A stretch of 64,000 nt of DNA from Sedimentisphaeraceae bacterium JB056 (lineage in GTDB: Bacteria > Planctomycetota > Phycisphaerae > Sedimentisphaerales > Sedimentisphaeraceae): NCBI GenBank assembly GCA_044440125.1, contig JBITAJ010000027.1, positions 64,001-128,000 on the forward strand, given 5' to 3'. Of the stretch, positions 10,335-17,887 are shown piece by piece. The translations under genes were made by a program, and so were the position numbers. The first letter of the stretch is position 1; each line of letters begins with the position of its first letter. The notes under the pieces were generated by a model. It made no database searches. It was not told the origin of the DNA and worked only from the letters and a program-made list of their open reading frames with translations.

Positions 10335-10420
10335 TAATGGGCAATTGACAATTGACAATTGATAATTGACAGGGATAATCTGTGAGTGTAGCGATTAGCT
10401 ATAAACTGTCAGCAATTAGC
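10335..10420 (+). repeat. Two heptamer arrays between yggS and ftsY
   Basis: taatggg caattga caattga caattga taattga (10335-10369) and agcgatt agctata aactgtc agcaatt agc (10390-10420). Confidence 0.7.
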
Positions 10421-10446
10421 AAAAAATAACAAATTTGAGATAAAAT

Positions 10447-11379
10447 ATGGGTTTATTTAATAAAACAGTAGGATTCATAAAGGATCGCCTTTCTAAAACA
10501 CGTGAGCGTATAAGCAATTCGCTTTCGAACGTTCTTGTTTTCGGCCGTAAGATAGATGATGAGCTTCTTGAGGAACTCGAGGAGACACTCATCTGCGATG
10601 ATATCGGCGTTGATACGACTGAGAAGCTTATCGATGAGCTTCGCCGTGCTTACAAAGCGAAGGAAATTGTTAATTCTGAGGATATCATTCCATTCCTCAA
10701 AGGGCATATGAAGAATTACTGGCCCGATCAGGACAGAGAGCTTAAGAGTGCTCCTGAAGGGCCAACTGTTATCCTTGTTGCCGGTGTCAATGGTTCGGGT
10801 AAGACAACGAGCATTGCAAAACTGGCGTATACTCTCAGCAAAGGCGGCAATACTGTTATCGTGGCGGCGTGTGATACATTCCGTGCGGCGGCGGTTGATC
10901 AGCTTACTGTGTGGTCGGAGAGAATCGGCGTGCAGATTGTGAAGCACAAGCAGGGTTCTGATCCGGCGGCGGTGGCTTTTGATGCCTGTGATGCGGCGTT
11001 GTCAAGAAAGGCTGATTATCTGATTGTGGACACTGCCGGTCGTCTTCATACCCAGAAGCACCTTATGAAAGAGCTTGAGAAGATCAAGAGCATCATATCA
11101 AAGAAAATCCCCGGTTCGCCGCACGAAGTAATCCTTGTTGTTGATGGTACTACGGGGCAGAATGCGATTATGCAGGCTAAGGAGTTTACAAGCTCAATCG
11201 ATGTTACCGGCATATTCCTTGCAAAGCTTGATGGCACGGCAAGGGGCGGTATTGTGATTGCGATAAAGGATCAGCTTGATATACCGGTGAAGTTTGTCGG
11301 ACTCGGAGAAACGCCGGAAGATATTGCCGAATTTGACCCGGGCGAGTTTGTGGAAGCGCTATTCCAACAAGTTTGTTGA
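10447..11379 (+). CDS. ftsY: Signal recognition particle receptor FtsY
   Basis: GVNGSGKTTSIAKLA, DTFRAAA, DTAGR, DGTTGQN, KLDGTARGG. Confidence 0.96.
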   Translation: MGLFNKTVGFIKDRLSKTRERISNSLSNVLVFGRKIDDELLEELEETLICDDIGVDTTEKLIDELRRAYKAKEIVNSEDIIPFLKGHMKNYWPDQDRELKSAPEGPTVILVAGVNGSGKTTSIAKLAYTLSKGGNTVIVAACDTFRAAAVDQLTVWSERIGVQIVKHKQGSDPAAVAFDACDAALSRKADYLIVDTAGRLHTQKHLMKELEKIKSIISKKIPGSPHEVILVVDGTTGQNAIMQAKEFTSSIDVTGIFLAKLDGTARGGIVIAIKDQLDIPVKFVGLGETPEDIAEFDPGEFVEALFQQVC

Positions 11380-11387
11380 TTTAATTC

Positions 11388-11472
11388 AGGCATAAGGGAA
11401 TAGGCATAAGGCAAAAGGGGTTAGGAATAAGGCAATAGATAAATAGGCAGAAGATAACAGGCATTAGGCATA
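11388..11472 (+). repeat. Heptamer array (about 12 units, consensus AGGCAWW) upstream of the four-helix-bundle gene
   Basis: aggcata agggaat aggcata aggcaaa aggggtt aggaata aggcaat agataaat aggcaga agataac aggcatt aggcata. Confidence 0.85.
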
Positions 11473-11484
11473 AGTGGGGATGAT

Positions 11485-11871
11485 ATGGAGGTGAAGATGA
11501 TAAATTCTTATCGGGATCTTTTGGTTTGGCAAAAAGGAATGCTTTTAGTAAAGCTGGTCTATTGTGAGTCTGAAAGCTTTCCTGATTTTGAGATGTTTGG
11601 TCTGGCAAGTCAGCTTAGAAGAGCTGTTGTGTCAATACCAAGCAATATTGCTGAAGGATATGGACGTAATTCAACGCAAGATTACATGAGATTTTTGCGG
11701 ATGTCTATAGGCTCTTTATATGAAGTTCAAACTCAGCTTGAGATAGCCTGTGAGTTGAATTATATATTGCGTGAAAGGCTGGTTCAAATTAGTGATGTTA
11801 CTATTGAACTTGAGAAAATGTTAACGGTTTTGGTTAAAAAGCTCGCAAAAGGTACGAACAGGCACAACTAA
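11485..11871 (+). CDS. Four helix bundle protein (23S rRNA intervening-sequence protein / Avd-like family); ATG 11497 after GGAGGTG is the likelier start
   Basis: SYRDLLVWQK, FP..EMFGLASQLRRAVVSIPSNIAEGYGR, FLRMSIGSLYEVQTQL. Confidence 0.92.
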   Translation: MEVKMINSYRDLLVWQKGMLLVKLVYCESESFPDFEMFGLASQLRRAVVSIPSNIAEGYGRNSTQDYMRFLRMSIGSLYEVQTQLEIACELNYILRERLVQISDVTIELEKMLTVLVKKLAKGTNRHN

Positions 11872-11904
11872 TGCCTTTTGCCTTATGCCTATTGCCTATT
11901 GCAT
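11870..11904 (-). repeat. Inverted heptamer array (5 units) immediately after the four-helix-bundle stop codon
   Basis: aatgcct tttgcct tatgcct attgcct attgcat, the reverse complement of the upstream units. Confidence 0.85.
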
Positions 11905-11910
11905 AAAATA

Positions 11911-12864
11911 ATGTCAAAACAGCAGTTATTAAATCTATACGCGAAATTCGATCGTATTGCCTGCGGTGATACGGTTTTGAGCTTTCTGGATCATTTGACT
12001 GTTGAGGCTGGTCTGGCAGATAATACCATTCTGGGTTATGGACGAGATCTGCTTGCTTTTCTTGAGTATTGTCAGCAGCGAGGAGTGGTTTCCTTTTCCG
12101 ATATCAATACGGACGTTGTTTTTGATTATCATCATCATCTGCTCAGTAAGAATGCCTCTGAAAACAGCCTTGCAAGGGCTTTGGTAGCGGTCAAAATGCT
12201 GCTGCGATATGCGTACAGCTACTCTCTTGTTGAAAAAGACCATACGATATTGCTTGAATCACCCCGCAGGTGGCAGAAACTTCCCGATGTGCTTAACGGT
12301 GATGATGTTATGAAGCTTCTCTCTGAGCCTGATCCCGAGCGTGATAAGTATTATTGGCGTGATATGGCTGTTATCGAGCTGCTTTATGCGACCGGTATGC
12401 GAGTGAGTGAGGCATCGGGGCTGCATCTGAGCGATGTCAACTATCAGGTGGGCTACATCAGGTGTTTGGGCAAGGGTAATAAGGAGCGGGTTGTGCCGCT
12501 GGGGGATGCGGCGATTGCTGTTTTGAGAAACTATATTGAGGAGCAGCGGGCCGATCTGGCGGGGGATAAAGAGAATGGAAGCTTGTTTCTGAGCAGCAAA
12601 GGTAATCCGCTTGAAAGGACGGCGATATGGCGGATTGTGAAGAAATATGCGAAAAGGGCGGGGATTAAGAAAGATATAAGCCCGCACAGCCTGCGGCATT
12701 CATTTGCTACGCATCTGCTTGAGGGGGGGGCGGATCTGAGAAGTGTGCAGGAGATGCTTGGTCATTCAAGTGTTACAACAACACAGATTTATACACATGT
12801 CGAGCAGGACAGACTCACAGAAATACACTCAAAATTTCATCCAAGAAGCAAACAGGACGATTGA
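11911..12864 (+). CDS. xerD: Tyrosine recombinase XerD (start moved to ATG 11911, after the repeat array)
   Basis: ELLYATGMRVSE, GKGNKERVVP, SPHSLRHSFATHLLEGGADLRSVQEMLGHSSVTTTQIYTHV, HPR end. Confidence 0.9.
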   Translation: MSKQQLLNLYAKFDRIACGDTVLSFLDHLTVEAGLADNTILGYGRDLLAFLEYCQQRGVVSFSDINTDVVFDYHHHLLSKNASENSLARALVAVKMLLRYAYSYSLVEKDHTILLESPRRWQKLPDVLNGDDVMKLLSEPDPERDKYYWRDMAVIELLYATGMRVSEASGLHLSDVNYQVGYIRCLGKGNKERVVPLGDAAIAVLRNYIEEQRADLAGDKENGSLFLSSKGNPLERTAIWRIVKKYAKRAGIKKDISPHSLRHSFATHLLEGGADLRSVQEMLGHSSVTTTQIYTHVEQDRLTEIHSKFHPRSKQDD

Positions 12865-13274
12865 TCGCTAAAAAACTTTGTATATACAGAAATTTAGTTT
12901 TTTATTGCAATTCATATAGTTGTGACTTAAGTTTTTGTTAATCCTGTATTTATGTTAAAAATGTCTTTTTTGCTGTTTTTGGAAATTTCTAAATATGCAA
13001 ATTTTGTTTGCGAATTTAGCGTGGTGCATTTGATATTTATATGTTAGACTGATATTAAGTTCATGACGAATGTGAATTGACAATATATTAGATATCAAAG
13101 ATCGATATGTTAAATTTAAGTAAGACGGCTTTAAAGATTTTTTCTCGTTTTATAGAAGCGGGAATCATACCTCAGTGTGAGAAAGATATTGTAAAGAGAA
13201 CAAGCGGCTTGATATTGCAGCGAAAATAATGATTCTTTTCAATAGTTACTGTAAATACAGATAAAGGGAAACAA

Positions 13275-14138
13275 ATGCGTAAGGAAAAAGCTTTCACTCT
13301 TATAGAACTTCTTGTAGTTATTTCGATAATCGCGGTTTTGATGAGTATCATGATGCCGGCATTAGGAAAAGCACGTAGTTTGGCAAAAAGAATCCTCTGC
13401 GGTGCTAATGAGAGGCAGATACTTCAAGGGTTGAATAATTATGCAGTTGACAATAAGGGGTATTTGGTTCCTGACAGGGGAATAAGGCCGAATAAGATGG
13501 GCAACCTCTCCGGTGGCACATTTTATCTTGCAGGCGGCGCTCCTCAGGCAGCCAGGCCGTGGGATTCAAGCCTTGCTGGTTATATGGGAACGGACAAAAA
13601 AGATATATTTAAGAAATGGCTGGAATGCCCGGCCGATAAAAAGCCACGTAAAAAACGTGAGACAGGATACGACCAGATATATCAGCCAGATTCAAAGGAT
13701 GAACCTCTCAAGCGTTCATACAGCCCCAACAGAAGCTTTTACAACGGCACCAACTATTATGGCGGGGAACGCAGTTGGCCGGAATTACAAGGAGATTTGT
13801 CATGTATCCCAACCACTATCTATAAGGTGAAAACTCCTGCTGAGGTTATTCATCTTGGTGAGACTCATGTTGGAATAGGATTCCAAGGCAATCCTTACGG
13901 AGCAGTGCAGGGCAGTACAGTGTGGTCTCAATTTGCCAAACCTTTCGTTTCTACCGCAGTTGGAAATGATGAAAAACCGTTTTGCAGTGAGGAAGATCAT
14001 ATGCTTCATGAAGATGGAGGTAATTATGGTTTTGCTGATGGTCACGTAGAGTGGCATGGTCTTGTTAAAGGTGAAAATTATCACACCGGACAGCCCTATG
14101 CGGATTTGCAATATCCATTTAACTGGCAATGGCAATAA
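13275..14138 (+). CDS. Prepilin-type N-terminal cleavage/methylation protein with H-X9-DG C-terminal motif (DUF1559-like)
   Basis: AFTLIELLVVISIIAVLMSIMMPALGKAR; CPAD; HEDGGNYGFADGHV. Confidence 0.9.
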   Translation: MRKEKAFTLIELLVVISIIAVLMSIMMPALGKARSLAKRILCGANERQILQGLNNYAVDNKGYLVPDRGIRPNKMGNLSGGTFYLAGGAPQAARPWDSSLAGYMGTDKKDIFKKWLECPADKKPRKKRETGYDQIYQPDSKDEPLKRSYSPNRSFYNGTNYYGGERSWPELQGDLSCIPTTIYKVKTPAEVIHLGETHVGIGFQGNPYGAVQGSTVWSQFAKPFVSTAVGNDEKPFCSEEDHMLHEDGGNYGFADGHVEWHGLVKGENYHTGQPYADLQYPFNWQWQ

Positions 14139-14205
14139 TATATAAATCAGTTGTATTGATGTGATTTGAATGTTTAGACTTAGAAGAAATTGAGAAATTG
14201 AGAGA

Positions 14206-15624
14206 TTGATGGGTATTGCGACCAGAAGAGATTTTGTGAAGATGGCGGGCTTATCATCGCTGTCTCCTGCCGTGCTTGCAGGTACGCAGGCAAAACAGCA
14301 GTCGGATGCTAAAAGTTCCAGTAAGAATGTAGTTCTTATAATACTTGAAGATATGCCGCTTATTCTGGGATGTTATGGGCATCCTGTTGTGAAAACCCCG
14401 AACATTGACCGGTTGGCGGGCAAGGGAGTTCTTTTCTCGCGTGCTTATTGTCAGTATCCGGTTTGCAATCCAAGCAGGAGCTCTTTCTTGAGCGGTCTGA
14501 GACCTGAGACGACTGATGTACTTGATAATCTTGAATCTTTGTTTGAGAAAGTTCCCGATGTGGTTACTTTGCCGATGCTTCTCAAAGATAATGGATATTT
14601 GACTGTGAGTGCCGGTAAAGTTGAACACGGCAGACCCGGACAGATTCCTGAGAACGTGTGGGATGTATCAGTTACGGCACGGGATAACCCTGCGGCCAAA
14701 GAAGGTATTGGCGGTAATCTAACCGGAGGCAAACTTTCGTGGTGCAGATGGCTTGCATCAGATGGTGAAGATAAAGAGCATGCCGATTCCCGGCTTACTG
14801 CCAAGACAATAAATTTTCTTCAGAAGAACCGCAGTGAACCGTTTTTCCTTGGCTTTGGCCCGAGAAAACCGCACGATCCGTTTGTAGCTCCGAAGAAATA
14901 TTTTGATATGTATCCTATCGAGCAAATTTCGCCTCCATTTATACCTGAGAACAGGACTCCTGAAACGGAGATAATGTACGGCAAGGATTTCATGGCTTGG
15001 AAGAATACGTTTGATGAATTTTCTGAAAAGGACAGGAAGCGATTTATACAGGCATACTATGCCGGTACATCGTTTGTTGATTCTCTGGTGGGTAAAATAA
15101 TGGACCACCTCGACGAAGCCAACTTGTGGGATGATACGCTTGTCATGCTGGTCGGGGATCACGGTTACAATCTTGGTGAGCACAACTGGTGGTGCAAGAA
15201 TGTTTTGTTTGAAGAGTCTTTGATAACACCATTGATAGTTGTCGATCCTGATCACAATAAGCCTGGAGCGGTTTGTGACGAGATCGTAGAACTGATCGAT
15301 ATCTTTCCGACGATTACCGAATTATGCGGGGTTGAGTATAATCACGGAATAGAAGGTGAGAGTTTTGCTCATCTTTTGAGTGACCCCGGTGGTAAAGGTA
15401 AAGAGGCCGCGTTCAGTGTGGTGGAGCGTCTTGAAGGATTGGGCAGGTCGGTAAGAACTAAACGATGGAGATATACCGAGTGGTATGAAGGCAAGGCAGG
15501 CCGTGAGCTTTATGATTGCTCAGCAGATGCCGGTATGTATAACAATATTGCTTATAAAGAAGAATTTCAACCTATATGTGCTAAACTGAGCAGTATGCTG
15601 CGAGATAGTTTAAAGAAAAGTTAA
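14206..15624 (+). CDS. Tat-exported S1 sulfatase (iduronate-2-sulfatase-like)
   Basis: TRRDFVK signal; CNPSR; KPHDPF; GDHGYNLGEHNWWCK. Confidence 0.9.
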   Translation: MMGIATRRDFVKMAGLSSLSPAVLAGTQAKQQSDAKSSSKNVVLIILEDMPLILGCYGHPVVKTPNIDRLAGKGVLFSRAYCQYPVCNPSRSSFLSGLRPETTDVLDNLESLFEKVPDVVTLPMLLKDNGYLTVSAGKVEHGRPGQIPENVWDVSVTARDNPAAKEGIGGNLTGGKLSWCRWLASDGEDKEHADSRLTAKTINFLQKNRSEPFFLGFGPRKPHDPFVAPKKYFDMYPIEQISPPFIPENRTPETEIMYGKDFMAWKNTFDEFSEKDRKRFIQAYYAGTSFVDSLVGKIMDHLDEANLWDDTLVMLVGDHGYNLGEHNWWCKNVLFEESLITPLIVVDPDHNKPGAVCDEIVELIDIFPTITELCGVEYNHGIEGESFAHLLSDPGGKGKEAAFSVVERLEGLGRSVRTKRWRYTEWYEGKAGRELYDCSADAGMYNNIAYKEEFQPICAKLSSMLRDSLKKS

Positions 15625-15647
15625 CAGAGAAAAAGAACGGAATAATA

Positions 15648-16970
15648 ATGAACATCCAAAAAATAGCATATCTCCTATTGATAACCATGAGTCTCTCGAA
15701 TATAGCCTTTTGCGGGCTTTCGGAGCATCTTCCAATGATCGGCAACGAAAAAGAAGTTGTTAGAGATGCACAGACAGGCAACGATATAATATTTCTTACT
15801 ACAGGTAAGTATATAAATTCGACGCAGTATCCTCACAACAAGGCCTGGCTTGAAAATGATAAGTACATTATGTTTGAATCGACTCGTCCTCGCCCTCAAG
15901 GTAAATCTACGGGCGATGGTTCTGATTACAGGCATGTAGAACGTCAGCTTTGTGCCGCTGATATTAATACCGGTGATATCTATCATTTAGCATCACTGGA
16001 AGTAGAGGATACGGCAAAGTACGGAGAAAATCATCTTTCAATGTCTTCGCAGTATCACAGTGATTACGCACCAGGCAGCAATGTTGTGGTTTATTACGAT
16101 ATGACAGGTCATAATCTTTATATGCTTGATCTTGATGATGGTCATAGAAAACTTCTGTGGAATGTGAAAGTTGGTACCATAGGCGACCCACCTTCGATAA
16201 CCGATGATGGAAGCCGGGTTGTTGTGTATGTCGCTATTCCCGGCCCCGATAACGGCGAGTTCTTTTCAGGTCGAACAACGGCGGTGTTCTACATCGATCT
16301 TGATCCTGAGACAAATGAGATTGTATCGGGTCCAAAGGTTGTTACTACATGGACTCACAGAACAGAGCAATCTAATCCGAAAAGTGCAAACGGTATAAAT
16401 TTGACTCATTCGGTTATAAATCCGGTAAACAAAGAAGAGCTTATATTCTGCCATGGCTATCCCGGTTATACGGATGGCTCTGTTGAAAAGGCACGTACAT
16501 GGTATGCCAAAACAGATGGCTCAGAAGTTAAGATGGCTAATTTGACAGAAAAGGGCTGGATAGAGACTCATGAGCTTTGGGGACCAAAAGGAAGATTGGT
16601 CTATTTTATCAAGATACGAGGCAATGGCGGCATATCAGCGGTTGAACCAAGGACCGGTAAGGTTATTGATTTGATAAAAGATATAGCTCCACGATGCCTT
16701 CATCTTTCAGTTAGCGGCAATGAAAAGAGATTTGTTTTTGATACGCAAAGATCTACCGTTGAGTTTCCTCTTGATGAGTATCAGAATCATATGGAGGATA
16801 TTGTACTCTTTGATCTGACTACAGGTAAAACAAAAGTCCTTGCTCATCAGCTTGAAGGCTTGCACCATCCAAGACAAATGCATCCGGGAATTAACAGAAA
16901 CGGTGACAAGGTTTATTTTACGGTTGCTGACGGGCCGCACAGCAGGGCTGCTTACCTCAATATTGACTAA
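15648..16970 (+). CDS. Secreted beta-propeller protein, oligogalacturonate lyase (PL22)/TolB-like
   Basis: Signal peptide; D..TG..I..LT start; His motifs THSVINP, FCHG, THELW, MHPG as in Ogl-like propellers. Confidence 0.6.
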   Translation: MNIQKIAYLLLITMSLSNIAFCGLSEHLPMIGNEKEVVRDAQTGNDIIFLTTGKYINSTQYPHNKAWLENDKYIMFESTRPRPQGKSTGDGSDYRHVERQLCAADINTGDIYHLASLEVEDTAKYGENHLSMSSQYHSDYAPGSNVVVYYDMTGHNLYMLDLDDGHRKLLWNVKVGTIGDPPSITDDGSRVVVYVAIPGPDNGEFFSGRTTAVFYIDLDPETNEIVSGPKVVTTWTHRTEQSNPKSANGINLTHSVINPVNKEELIFCHGYPGYTDGSVEKARTWYAKTDGSEVKMANLTEKGWIETHELWGPKGRLVYFIKIRGNGGISAVEPRTGKVIDLIKDIAPRCLHLSVSGNEKRFVFDTQRSTVEFPLDEYQNHMEDIVLFDLTTGKTKVLAHQLEGLHHPRQMHPGINRNGDKVYFTVADGPHSRAAYLNID

Positions 16971-17002
16971 TTAATTCCCGGCAGTTTGAAAGAGGTTTTC
17001 CT

Positions 17003-17863
17003 ATGGCAATGAAAGATCGCCAAATAATTGAAGCACTTGAGTCGAGAGGTGTGTTTTTGACAACCTTCTCCAACAGCAGTACATTTGCGAGAGGCAAAGG
17101 TGCCGAAAAATATTTGCGAATGGTTTACATAAATTCCGGTAAAGGTTTTTGTGTTATTGATGGAAAAGAATATTTCGTTACTTCAGGTAATGCATTATTC
17201 CTTCTCGAAGGACAAAAGATATCCATATATAACAACCCGAACAGGAGTATATTCGCTTACAGCATAGTCTATAACAGGGACAGGTGTTATGAGGTTGTAG
17301 ACGAAGAAATGCTGAGGACTGTTTTCAGTAATCAAGAACCATTGGTAATGCCGGGCATGTATCTGCACCAGCTTGTAAGAATAATAAGAGGCTTTCTTGT
17401 TGAGCAAAATTGGGATTATCCTTATAAGGATTTCATTATCAAAAACGGTGCATTGACGATTTTGGCTCAGGTTTACAGGGTGAGGAAGCATGAGCATGAT
17501 GTTATAAATGCTGATGAGGTTTCGGCGAGAACGAGGGTTGAAAATGTGCTCAAGTATATTGAACAGCATTACTATGACCGTTTTACCCTGGAAGAAGTGT
17601 CGCATATGGCAAGGATGAGCAGCAGACATTTTTCTACGCTGCTTAATGATATTACCGGAAAGACATTTGTTAATTATCTTAATACGATAAGAGTAGAGAA
17701 TGCATGTGAGCTGCTTGAAGAGACAGATATGGCAGTATCTTCAATCGCATTTCATGTTGGGTTCGAGGAACTTTCAAGTTTTTATCGAGCATTCAAGAAA
17801 CGATTTGATATTCCACCTCTTCAATTCAGAAAAAGTAGAGAAAAGATAAAAGTGTGTAACTAA
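17003..17863 (+). CDS. AraC family transcriptional regulator
   Basis: N-terminal cupin-like region; C-terminal double HTH (TLEEVSHMARMSSRHFS...IAFHVGFEELSSFYRAFKK). Confidence 0.92.
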   Translation: MAMKDRQIIEALESRGVFLTTFSNSSTFARGKGAEKYLRMVYINSGKGFCVIDGKEYFVTSGNALFLLEGQKISIYNNPNRSIFAYSIVYNRDRCYEVVDEEMLRTVFSNQEPLVMPGMYLHQLVRIIRGFLVEQNWDYPYKDFIIKNGALTILAQVYRVRKHEHDVINADEVSARTRVENVLKYIEQHYYDRFTLEEVSHMARMSSRHFSTLLNDITGKTFVNYLNTIRVENACELLEETDMAVSSIAFHVGFEELSSFYRAFKKRFDIPPLQFRKSREKIKVCN

Positions 17864-17887
17864 TTTAAATCATAAGGAGACATTGCA

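Noticed and set aside
11381..11608. 75-aa minus-strand ORF, and the MPYAYCLLHKI extension of XerD (11878-11910)
   Set aside because: Both are translations of the heptamer arrays (CLMP/PYAY periodicity).
6604..11904. CRISPR array
   Set aside because: Repeats are contiguous 7-9-nt units without unique spacers, and there are no cas genes.
11485..12864. Diversity-generating retroelement or integrative element (Avd-like gene beside a tyrosine recombinase)
   Set aside because: No reverse transcriptase, template/variable repeat pair or att sites seen; the recombinase has chromosomal XerD features.
14186..14209. gaaattga-type octamer x3 before the sulfatase
   Set aside because: Only three short units overlapping the translation start; cannot be distinguished from chance slippage.
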